This document shows positions 30,144-38,871 of a DNA stretch of 64,000 bases, piece by piece; the stretch's first letter is position 1, and every line of letters starts with the position of its first letter. Source of the stretch: an uncultured Gammaproteobacteria bacterium (GTDB lineage Bacteria; Patescibacteriota; Microgenomatia; UBA10105); the NCBI GenBank assembly GCA_964412165.1, contig CAYPMW010000001.1:16316-80315 (forward strand). The letters run 5' to 3'. Both the position numbers and the translations under genes were made by a program. The notes below the pieces were generated by a model that was given only the letters and a program-made list of their open reading frames with translations, made no database searches and was not told where the DNA came from.

Positions 30144-30601
30144 AAAACAAAACTGCGATTATAATCACTGCAATAGTACTGTTGATAATAATTGGAGGAG
30201 GATACACTGTCATTAAATTTTTCGCATCAAACTCAAAGGTTCAACCGTTGCCCATTGAAACCACTTCACCAAACGTGTACGAACTTGATCCCTCCGTCAC
30301 CGTAGAGCTTACACCGAGGGCTGACAAAAAAGCTGTGAATTTAAGTATCACTAATATACCTCAGGATACCTCACAAATAGAATATGAATTGAGTTATTTG
30401 ACGGGTAACGAATTACCAAAAGGTGCAGTAGGAACTATACGAGTTGATAGTCAGTCGACAATAGAACGAGAAATACTTCTGGGAACATGTTCTAAAAATA
30501 CCTGTACCTATGATGAAGGGGTGAAAAGTGTTACTCTCGTTTTACGCTTCAGTGGTTTACAGGGAATAGCTCAATTTATAAGAGAGTATTCGCTTGATTA
30601 G
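30140..30601 (+). CDS. Hypothetical membrane-anchored/secreted protein with a Cys pair
   Basis: KNKTAIIITAIVLLIIIGGG anchor, YELSY, LLGTCS.NTC.YD; start uncertain (ATA 30140 or TTG 30182). Confidence 0.65.
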   Translation: MKNKTAIIITAIVLLIIIGGGYTVIKFFASNSKVQPLPIETTSPNVYELDPSVTVELTPRADKKAVNLSITNIPQDTSQIEYELSYLTGNELPKGAVGTIRVDSQSTIEREILLGTCSKNTCTYDEGVKSVTLVLRFSGLQGIAQFIREYSLD

Positions 30602-30700
30602 GTCTCAGTCTCAAGTCTTAGAGGACCAAATAATTCTTGGGAATTTTCTCCAGCCTAATTATAACGTACTTTTTTTTACTCTACATATAGTGTTTCTTCA

Positions 30701-30770
30701 GTGGTGAAAACCCCTTGACTTTATTCACGTAAAAAAGGCAAAATGGTGTAAGGTGGTGTAAAATGGTGAA
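30701..30770 (+). promoter_or_regulatory. dcw promoter with MraZ operator repeats
   Basis: Three 10-bp-period repeats AAATGGTGTA/AGGTGGTGTA/AAATGGTGAA (30741-30770), an extra GTGGTG at 30701, TTGACT at 30715; resembles known GTGG(A/T)G MraZ boxes. Confidence 0.8.
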
Positions 30771-30786
30771 AGTCTCTAAATTGGGT

Positions 30787-31197
30787 TTGTTTCTCGGGGA
30801 ATATCGGCATACACTCACGGATAAAAACAGAGTTGCACTGCCAAAACGTATCAGAGTAGAAATTGAAGGATTTGAGGTGATTCTCGCTCAGGGGTATGAC
30901 CAGTGTATTGTGGGATATACAAAAAATACCTGGGAAGATATGGCAATGCAGCCATTAGCCATACCAAGTTATGAAGAACAGGGAAGAGTACTCCGCAGGC
31001 GTTTGTTTTCTACAGCAGTAGTAGTTGAACTTGATACGCAAGGCAGAGCGGTACTACCTGAACGACTGCTTAAATGGGCAACGCTTGAGGGTCAGATTGG
31101 GGAGGAAGTAGTGATAATTGGGGCTGGAGATCATTTCGAGATTTGGCAAATGGATCTATGGGAAAAATATCTTGATCGGATGCAGAATCAGGGGTAA
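30787..31197 (+). CDS. mraZ: Division/cell wall cluster repressor MraZ
   Basis: FLGEY.H.L.DK.RV.LP, LD.QGR..LP, IGAGDHFEIW; TTG 30787 preferred because ATG 30763 lies in the operator. Confidence 0.93.
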   Translation: MFLGEYRHTLTDKNRVALPKRIRVEIEGFEVILAQGYDQCIVGYTKNTWEDMAMQPLAIPSYEEQGRVLRRRLFSTAVVVELDTQGRAVLPERLLKWATLEGQIGEEVVIIGAGDHFEIWQMDLWEKYLDRMQNQG

Positions 31198-31270
31198 CGA
31201 TTGAGGAGATTTGTAAACCTATCGGGTAAGTAGCCTACCCCGGTTTACCTAAACTTAGGAGGTGATTTTT

Positions 31271-31414
31271 TTGAGTTTTCTACTGAATGGCAATAAAATG
31301 CGTCGCAGATTAGCGCAAATTCTTGCTCAGGCAGCCGAAAGCGAAGCAAATCAGGAAAAGAATAATGAGATTAAACAAGAACAACCAGATACACATACCA
31401 GTTCTGTTGACTGA
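31271..31414 (+). CDS. Putative 47-aa small protein overlapping the rsmH start
   Basis: AGGAGGTGA (31257-31265) ahead of TTG; MSFLLNGNKMRRRLAQILAQAAESEANQEKNNEIKQEQPDTHTSSVD. Confidence 0.3.
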   Translation: MSFLLNGNKMRRRLAQILAQAAESEANQEKNNEIKQEQPDTHTSSVD

Positions 31415-32288
31415 AGTACTGGGGTATCTACAAGTTGTTCCGGACAATTGGTATATTGATGCGACGGCCGGTTTCGGCGGACATACAGAGAAAATAATAG
31501 ATCAAGGGGGAAGAGTTCTCGCTATTGAATGGGATAAAGATGCAGTTGCATTCTTAGAAGGAAAATTTACAGGTGAAATCAAATCAAGACGGTTAATCAT
31601 AGCGAAAGGAAATTTTATACACGTAAGAAGATTTTCACTGAAATTTGGACTACCAAAGATAAAGGGAATTCTTTTTGATCTGGGAATGTCGACTTTTCAA
31701 ATAAAGAACTCTATGAAAGGATTTTCTTTTTTAAAGCATGAAAAACTGGATATGCGGATGACGGAGGATATTCAGACTGATGCATATACGATTATTAATT
31801 CAAGTAGTTTGGATGAGCTGACCTTTATCTTCATGAAATATGGGGAAGAACGGTTTGCACTTGAAATAGCTCGTGATATCGTCCGTATTCGTAAAGTAAA
31901 ACCAATTAGATACGCTGATGAATTAGCTGAAATAGTAGAGAAAATATATAAATCAAAACATCTACGTATAGAGCAACACGCTGCCACTCAGATTTTTCAA
32001 GCTTTACGTATGTATACAAACCACGAATTAGACAACTTGAAGTTAGCACTGCCTGACTCATATTCACTACTTGATATAGGTGGACGTCTGGTCGTTATCA
32101 GTTTTCATTCGCTCGAAGACCGGATGGTAAAACAACATTTTCAGCGATTCCAAAAAGAACATGGTGCTCTCGAGCTTACTCATAAGCCGATCCGGGCTCG
32201 GAAAGAAGAAATTCAGAGGAACCCATCTGCCCGAAGCGCTAAATTAAGAGTTGTAGGAAAAAATCATTCATATGAAGTCAAATCATAG
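31365..32288 (+). CDS. rsmH: 16S rRNA m4C1402 methyltransferase
   Basis: HIPVL, DAT.GFGGH, FDLGMS..Q, LDMRM, ISFHSLEDR, NPSARSAKLR. Confidence 0.96.
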   Translation: MRLNKNNQIHIPVLLTEVLGYLQVVPDNWYIDATAGFGGHTEKIIDQGGRVLAIEWDKDAVAFLEGKFTGEIKSRRLIIAKGNFIHVRRFSLKFGLPKIKGILFDLGMSTFQIKNSMKGFSFLKHEKLDMRMTEDIQTDAYTIINSSSLDELTFIFMKYGEERFALEIARDIVRIRKVKPIRYADELAEIVEKIYKSKHLRIEQHAATQIFQALRMYTNHELDNLKLALPDSYSLLDIGGRLVVISFHSLEDRMVKQHFQRFQKEHGALELTHKPIRARKEEIQRNPSARSAKLRVVGKNHSYEVKS

Positions 32289-32604
32289 AAAGCTTTCAGA
32301 TATGAGTAGTAAAGCAATTTTTACAGTACTGCCTGTTGTATGTGCTGGATTAATAATTATTCTTTTAGTTATTCAGGTTGTAGTGTCAAACAGGCTTGCG
32401 GCAATGGGATCTCATTTAGTAGAGATCGAGTCTGACATTAATAATTTGAACAATGAAAAAAATCGATTGAGTGAAAAAATTGCTTCATCTTCGTCCCATT
32501 TGACACTGTTACAAAAAGCTCGTGAGATAGGTTTTACTCAGCCGATAAATCCAATGTTTTATACCTCTCAGCAGTCTGTGGCTTTTGATGGTAGTGATAA
32601 TTAA
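32272..32604 (+). CDS. ftsL: Cell division protein FtsL-like
   Basis: TM plus coiled coil, KAREIGF; positioned between rsmH and ftsI. Confidence 0.7.
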   Translation: MKSNHRKLSDMSSKAIFTVLPVVCAGLIIILLVIQVVVSNRLAAMGSHLVEIESDINNLNNEKNRLSEKIASSSSHLTLLQKAREIGFTQPINPMFYTSQQSVAFDGSDN

Positions 32605-32612
32605 ACTCAAGT

Positions 32613-34289
32613 ATGTGGCGGCAACGGCTTATTCTCAGCTTGTTTGTATTTGTATTTATTGCAGTGGCAGTTCGGTTATTTTATTTCCAGATACTAGTAG
32701 GAGAAACTCTTGCACAGGCGGCTTCAAACCAATATTACTTTACTCTTGATTTACTCCCTCAGCGAGGAAAAATAATAACGAGCGACAAGAATCCTTTGGT
32801 TATGAACCAGCCTGCGTATTTAACATATGCTGAAGTAAAAAAAATTGCAAATATTTCAGAATTTACCGATAAAATTTCAACAATTCTTGAGCTGGATAAA
32901 AATGACTTGATAGGTAGACTCAATCAGGAAAAAATTGTTTGGGTATCACTCAAGCACAAAGTAGAAGAAGAAAAACGCCAACAACTAGAGAATTTACAAC
33001 TCACAGGTCTTGGTTTTGAAAAGGAAGGCAAGCGGTATTATCCTGAAGCTTCAATGGCAGCTCAGTTATTGGGTTTTTTAGGGAGTGATGATTACGGTAA
33101 TGATAAAGGATATTTTGGGGTTGAAGGTTACTACAATCGGGCACTCGCTGGAAAATCCGGTTCACTTATCCAAGAGAAGGATGCTCGGGGGTATCCGATG
33201 CTATTAGGGGAAACGCAGCGTATTAATGCAGAAGATGGTCAGGATTTGGTTCTTTATCTTGATCGGACTGTTCAAACGATCATCGAAACTAAATTGGAGG
33301 AGGGAATAAATAAATATGGAGCTAAAGAAGGTTTAATTGGCGTGATGGACCCTACTACGGGTGGAATTCTGGGTATGGCAGCTTGGCCAAAATATGATCC
33401 TCGTGAATATTCAAAATCTGATCAAAACTTGTTTGTAAATCCGTTAGTGGCTGATTCCTACGAACCGGGTTCTATATTTAAGATCATTGTGATGGCATCA
33501 GCCATAAATGAGAAAAAAGTCACTCAAAAAACGGAATTTAACGAGGACGGTCCGATTCAAATTGGAGAGTATCAAATAAAAACGTGGAATGATGTGTACA
33601 AAGGTAAAATCACGACTGCAAAAATCATCGAAACTTCATCAAATCCGGGAATGGTACAAGTCGGAAGACTTTTGGGCAAAGAAAATTTATATAAATATTT
33701 AAAAAAATTTGGTTTCAACGACAAAACCGGTGTTGACTTGGAAGATGAAACTGCCACACCCTTGCGACCATTTGTGGAGTGGGCGGACATAGATTTTGCT
33801 ACAGTAACTTTTGGACAAGGAATAGCCGTAACTCCGACTCAAATGCTTCAAGCTGTATCGGCAATTGCCAATGGTGGTAAATTAATCCGTCCCAGAGTAG
33901 TCAGAGAGATTGTAGACGCAACGGGTAAAGTTTTAGAACACAGGCCGGAGGTGATACGAGAAGTAATCAAGCCGACTGCAGCAAAAATAATCACTGATAT
34001 TATGATTCAGGCGGTAGATAATGGTGAAGTACGTTATTTCAAACCTAAAGGATATAGAATCGCAGGGAAGACTGGCACCGCTCAAGTTCCAATTAAGGGG
34101 CATTACGATCCAGATAAGACAATTGCCTCTTATATTGGTTTTGCTCCGGCTGACAAACCAAAATTTGTTATCATCGTGAGACTCACAGAACCTACACGCA
34201 GTCCATGGGGTTCAACAACCGCTGCTCCAGTGTTTTTCTCGGTAGCTCAAGAGCTGTTTACCTACTATGGAATCCCCCCAACAAATTAG
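32613..34289 (+). CDS. ftsI: Class B penicillin-binding protein
   Basis: RG.I, YEPGSIFK (SxxK), SSN, KTGT. Confidence 0.92.
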   Translation: MWRQRLILSLFVFVFIAVAVRLFYFQILVGETLAQAASNQYYFTLDLLPQRGKIITSDKNPLVMNQPAYLTYAEVKKIANISEFTDKISTILELDKNDLIGRLNQEKIVWVSLKHKVEEEKRQQLENLQLTGLGFEKEGKRYYPEASMAAQLLGFLGSDDYGNDKGYFGVEGYYNRALAGKSGSLIQEKDARGYPMLLGETQRINAEDGQDLVLYLDRTVQTIIETKLEEGINKYGAKEGLIGVMDPTTGGILGMAAWPKYDPREYSKSDQNLFVNPLVADSYEPGSIFKIIVMASAINEKKVTQKTEFNEDGPIQIGEYQIKTWNDVYKGKITTAKIIETSSNPGMVQVGRLLGKENLYKYLKKFGFNDKTGVDLEDETATPLRPFVEWADIDFATVTFGQGIAVTPTQMLQAVSAIANGGKLIRPRVVREIVDATGKVLEHRPEVIREVIKPTAAKIITDIMIQAVDNGEVRYFKPKGYRIAGKTGTAQVPIKGHYDPDKTIASYIGFAPADKPKFVIIVRLTEPTRSPWGSTTAAPVFFSVAQELFTYYGIPPTN

Positions 34290-34394
34290 TGGATACATTT
34301 TGTTACAATATACAACTATACGGTAATCCGTAATCAAAGGTAATTAAAATTAATTTAGTGGGATAGTCGATTTCACCTGTAAGTTTACATTAAG

Positions 34395-35132
34395 ATGCTT
34401 AGACAAAACCATAATTGCACTGATTACTTTTCAGTATATTCCAGGTGTAACAATTTTCATTGTTTTATTACAGAGCGTGGTAAAGGGAGTTTTCTTGATA
34501 CAACTGAAGCTCTTTCAAGATTTGATGAAATAAAATCCGAATTGGGTATAAACGATGGATCTTTGTATCTTATGAACCAAGTACACTCAAATAAAATACA
34601 GGTGGTAACCTCGAAGTCTCAAAATAACCCTTACGTTGATGCGCTAGTAACTGCTGAAAAAAATATTTACCTCGGAGTGAGAGTGGCAGATTGCGTCCCT
34701 GTATTTTTTTATGACTCTAAAAAAGAAGTGGCGGGAGTGGCTCATGCAGGATGGAAGGGAACACTTGGTAATATAACCAAAAGGGTCATCGATACGTTTA
34801 TTGCGTTTGGCTCGAGTACCGATGACATATATATAGCTATAGGTCCACATATTGGCCCATGTTGTTATAATGTACCTCTGGAAAGAGCTAATTTATTTTC
34901 CGAAACTTTTAGTGATAGTTTAGTCGTATCCACACGTAGCGGTAAGACTTATCTGGATATAGGTCGAGTAAATTACATACAACTAGTGCACATGGGAATT
35001 AAAAAAAACCATATCGACATCCCACCTACCTGCACATCATGTCAAATCGACCGATTTTTTTCCTTTCGTAAAGACTCAAAACCAACATTTGGTGAAATGT
35101 TAGGCGTTATTGGGATGGAGTCTATAGAATGA
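34395..35132 (+). CDS. pgeF: Peptidoglycan editing factor / purine nucleoside phosphorylase YfiH
   Basis: NQVHS, VADCVP, HAGWKG, IGP.I..CCY, CT.C..FFSFR. Confidence 0.92.
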   Translation: MLRQNHNCTDYFSVYSRCNNFHCFITERGKGSFLDTTEALSRFDEIKSELGINDGSLYLMNQVHSNKIQVVTSKSQNNPYVDALVTAEKNIYLGVRVADCVPVFFYDSKKEVAGVAHAGWKGTLGNITKRVIDTFIAFGSSTDDIYIAIGPHIGPCCYNVPLERANLFSETFSDSLVVSTRSGKTYLDIGRVNYIQLVHMGIKKNHIDIPPTCTSCQIDRFFSFRKDSKPTFGEMLGVIGMESIE

Positions 35133-36541
35133 GTATGTCACTCTCAGATTCTACCGTCGCCCACTTCGTAGGCATAAAAGGTGTCGCAATGACTAGTCTG
35201 GCAATCATTGCTCAAGAGATGGGAATACAGGTTACTGGATCAGACACCACAGAAGTTTTTCCGACCGATGCAATACTCAAACGATTTGGCATTACTTATA
35301 TGCATGGTTTTTCTCCTAAGCATATTCCTCATAATTGTGATGTTTTGGTATATACAGGAGCGCATGAAGGACAACAGAATCGAGAAGTCATCGCTGCGAA
35401 GAAAAAGGGAATCGCTACCTTACCTCATGCACGGGCGTTAGCCGACGTGATGCGGGAAAAAAAAACCATATCTATAGCTGGTTCACATGGTAAAACAACC
35501 ACGTCTGCTCTTATAAGCAGTATGTTTACCACAGCGGGAACTAATCCATCATATGCTACCGGTTGCGCTGAAATACTGCATTTAGGCAGACCTGCAAAAT
35601 TCGGAACTGGTGAATGGTTTATCGCTGAGGCAGATGAATATGTGACTGATCCGACATCAGATCAGACGCCTCGTTTCCTCTGGCAGTATCCAGAGATTTT
35701 AACGGTGACTAATATAGACTTTGATCATCCCGATGTGTATAAATCCTTAGGTGATGTAATCATGGCGTTTAAACGATTTGCACAAAACGTGAATAATAGC
35801 GGAGCTATAATTCTTAACTACGATGATGATTCATCTATGAATATTGCCTCTACAGTAAAACGAAAATTGTATACGTTTGGACAACATCAGAAAGCAGATT
35901 TTCATATATCAAAGATTACATTCACGAAATATACTACATTTTTTAACCTGCGTTTTAGAAATGATTGGAACCATACCTTTGGGTTGAATATTCCCGGTGA
36001 ACATAATGTGTACAATGCGTCGGCAGCAATTGCTACAAGTTTTTTGGCTAAAATACCGTTAAAAGCTATAACTAAAGCACTTGGGGCATTTAGGGGTACT
36101 AAAAGAAGATTTGAATTGATTAGAGAAATAAATGGCAAGCAATTGTTTGATGATTACGCTCATCATCCTGCTGAAATTCGAGCCACGCTTAAAGCGGCAA
36201 AAAATCGGTATCCACATAACCGTATAATTGTGATATTTCAACCCCATACGTATAGTCGAACTGAAAGTTTGTTACAGGATTTTGGTAAAGCATTTTCTTT
36301 TGCTGACAAGATCGTTCTCATGCCGATTTATGCGTCCGCCCGGGAAAAAACAAGGAATAGTTCGTTGGATTTACGCCTGATAGAATCCATCAGGAGCAAT
36401 AAACCAGAAGCTGTCCGGATGGCCTCAAAATCGCATATGTTACAATACATCAAGTCCTTTTCCAAACCTGGTGATCTAATCATAACCATGGGTGCTGGTA
36501 GCATTTTCTCGTGGTTGGAAGAAATTTTAGAGATTTTGTGA
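35129..36541 (+). CDS. murC: UDP-MurNAc--L-alanine ligase
   Basis: HFVGIKG.AM, AGSHGKTTT, EADE, DDYAHHP, FQPHTYSRT. Confidence 0.95.
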   Translation: MSMSLSDSTVAHFVGIKGVAMTSLAIIAQEMGIQVTGSDTTEVFPTDAILKRFGITYMHGFSPKHIPHNCDVLVYTGAHEGQQNREVIAAKKKGIATLPHARALADVMREKKTISIAGSHGKTTTSALISSMFTTAGTNPSYATGCAEILHLGRPAKFGTGEWFIAEADEYVTDPTSDQTPRFLWQYPEILTVTNIDFDHPDVYKSLGDVIMAFKRFAQNVNNSGAIILNYDDDSSMNIASTVKRKLYTFGQHQKADFHISKITFTKYTTFFNLRFRNDWNHTFGLNIPGEHNVYNASAAIATSFLAKIPLKAITKALGAFRGTKRRFELIREINGKQLFDDYAHHPAEIRATLKAAKNRYPHNRIIVIFQPHTYSRTESLLQDFGKAFSFADKIVLMPIYASAREKTRNSSLDLRLIESIRSNKPEAVRMASKSHMLQYIKSFSKPGDLIITMGAGSIFSWLEEILEIL

Positions 36542-36543
36542 AT

Positions 36544-37536
36544 ATGGACAAGACATTAGTGCGAGAAACGTTACTCAAAAGACTTGAAAAAGGCCAGGTC
36601 GGATTCGATGTGCCATTGGTTCGATACACGACTCTAAAAATAGGTGGACCTGCAGATTTTTTTTACCGAGCACAGACACGTGATGAACTGGAAAAAGCGA
36701 TTAAAACTGCCATAGCAGTCAAATTACCTTATTTTGTTCTTGGTGGGGGATCAAATGTCGTCATATCCGATAAAGGGTTTCGAGGATTTATCATCAAAAA
36801 CGAATCACGTACGATCACCATCATCAAACGCCAAGGATCAATCAAAAAGGGTAAAATTCAATTGCGCCAGGCATTGGTACAAGCTGATTCCGGTGTGTTG
36901 ATAAATCAGCTGGTACGTTTTACCTGTAATGAAGGACTTGGTGGACTTGAACGCCACTTGGGCTTACCAGGAACTGTTGGTGGTGCTCTCTACATGAATT
37001 CAAAATGGACAAAACCACTTACTTACGTTGGCGATGTTTTATATCATGCGAATATAATTGATAGTTCCGGCAATACTAAAACAGTTAACCAGAGTTACTT
37101 TAAATTCGGATATGATCAAAGCATTCTCCAGGAAACCCACGATACGGTACTTAGCGCTACATTCCGTCTTACCACGACAGATAAGAAATTACTTTGGGAA
37201 CGCGCTGAAAGCTCAATGGCATATCGCAGGCAAACGCAGCCGATGGGAGTGGCCACAGCTGGCTGTACGTTTCGTAATATAGCCTTATCTGATGCAATGC
37301 GTATTTCAACGCCGCGCTATACTACCTCAGCTGGTTACTTGGTAGATCAGGTTGGTTTAAAAACCTTTGCGGTTGGCCAAGCTCGTTACTCGGACAAGCA
37401 TGCAAATTTCATCATCAATTCAGGTGAGGCTAGCGCTCATGAGGTGAAACACCTGATTGACGAAGCGAAGAGGCGGGTGAAAGAAAAATTTTCAGTTGAA
37501 ATTCAGCCTGAAATAGTCTTGGTGGGAGAATTTTAA
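36544..37536 (+). CDS. murB: UDP-N-acetylenolpyruvoylglucosamine reductase
   Basis: IGGPA, LGGGSN, GLPGTVGGA..MN, AGCTFRN, KHANF. Confidence 0.95.
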   Translation: MDKTLVRETLLKRLEKGQVGFDVPLVRYTTLKIGGPADFFYRAQTRDELEKAIKTAIAVKLPYFVLGGGSNVVISDKGFRGFIIKNESRTITIIKRQGSIKKGKIQLRQALVQADSGVLINQLVRFTCNEGLGGLERHLGLPGTVGGALYMNSKWTKPLTYVGDVLYHANIIDSSGNTKTVNQSYFKFGYDQSILQETHDTVLSATFRLTTTDKKLLWERAESSMAYRRQTQPMGVATAGCTFRNIALSDAMRISTPRYTTSAGYLVDQVGLKTFAVGQARYSDKHANFIINSGEASAHEVKHLIDEAKRRVKEKFSVEIQPEIVLVGEF

Positions 37537-37542
37537 AATCAT

Positions 37543-38871
37543 ATGGATAAATTCCAAGTAACTGGCGGTAAGGCTCTCCGAGGTGAGATTAGTGTCGGTG
37601 GAGCAAAAAATGTAGCGATGAAAGTGATCATTGCTGGTCTTCTTACCGAAGATACAATTACCATACACAATGTTCCCTTTATTTCATCTGTTTTAGGGAC
37701 GACTAGGATAGTTGAACCATTGGGCATGCGGGTTGAACGTACAGATCATACGCTAACGTTATCATCCCGCGGAGTCGAGAATTATAAAATTCCACTTGAA
37801 TACGGAGGTTTATATAGAACTGCCACCATGGTGATTGGTCCGCTGCTTCACCGATTTGGGAAAGCAGTTGTACCAAACCCGGGAGGATGTAGATTGGGTA
37901 AACGTCCGGTCGATTGGCATATGGGGGCATTACAAAGTATGGGTGCAGACATAGTCTACAAAGATGGTTATTACTATGCTGAAACTCGTAAACTCTCCGG
38001 AGCTCGGATTCATTTTCCCAAAAATACTCATACCGGTACAGAAACAGTGATTTTAGCGGCCTGTCTAGCTAAGGGCGAGACAGTAATTGAAAATGCAGCA
38101 CAAGAACCGGAAATCGATGATCTGATTCGTCTTTTGAATTCAATGGGAGCACTCATCAAAAGAGACGGCGCGACGATTCAAATTACAGGCGTGGCAAAAC
38201 TAAAGGGCACTGAGTTTACTATCATGCCAGATCGAAATGAAGTTGTGTCGTATGCAATAGCTGGAATTATTACCAATGGAGACGTAGTCATACATGGTAC
38301 TCAAAGAGAGCACTTACGTACGTTTCTTGATGCGCTTGACACTGTAAATGCGGGGTGGGAGCCCATATCAAGTACTTCAACTCGATTCTTTTGGAAAGGA
38401 AAACTAAAGAGTAGTCAAATTATTACTCGTCCCCATCCGGGTTTTATGACTGATTGGCAAGCCCCATGGGCAGTATTAGCCTCGTACGCAGAGGGAATAT
38501 CCACAATTCACGAAACAGTATTTGAACAACGATTTACCTATGTAATAGAATTAAGAAAGATGGGTGCAAAAATTGATTTCTTTGATCCACCGGTTGATAA
38601 TCAGCAAGACTTTTATAATTTTAACTGGCATAATCGAGATGAAAAAATGCACCAGGCTATTCGCATACAAGGTGCAACTCGGCTACATGAGGCGGTAGTG
38701 GAAATCTCTGATTTGCGCGCTGGGGCGACTTTGGTGATTGCTGCGCTAGTGGCCCAGGGGACAACAATCATCTACGGAGTAGAACACATTGATAGGGGAT
38801 ACGAAGCGTTTGAGGCTCAACTCACTGAGCTCGGGGCTGAAATAGTCCGCGTGAAGGAGTCAAATTTGTGA
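37543..38871 (+). CDS. murA: UDP-GlcNAc 1-carboxyvinyltransferase
   Basis: GAKN, PGGCRLGKRP, NAAQEPE, HPGF.TD, DLRAG, HIDRGY. Confidence 0.96.
   Translation: MDKFQVTGGKALRGEISVGGAKNVAMKVIIAGLLTEDTITIHNVPFISSVLGTTRIVEPLGMRVERTDHTLTLSSRGVENYKIPLEYGGLYRTATMVIGPLLHRFGKAVVPNPGGCRLGKRPVDWHMGALQSMGADIVYKDGYYYAETRKLSGARIHFPKNTHTGTETVILAACLAKGETVIENAAQEPEIDDLIRLLNSMGALIKRDGATIQITGVAKLKGTEFTIMPDRNEVVSYAIAGIITNGDVVIHGTQREHLRTFLDALDTVNAGWEPISSTSTRFFWKGKLKSSQIITRPHPGFMTDWQAPWAVLASYAEGISTIHETVFEQRFTYVIELRKMGAKIDFFDPPVDNQQDFYNFNWHNRDEKMHQAIRIQGATRLHEAVVEISDLRAGATLVIAALVAQGTTIIYGVEHIDRGYEAFEAQLTELGAEIVRVKESNL

Noticed and set aside
31323-31350. CAGG...GAAA...AGCA resembling SRP RNA helix 8
   Set aside because: Spacing is 13 nt rather than 10, no proper closing stem or long flanking helix
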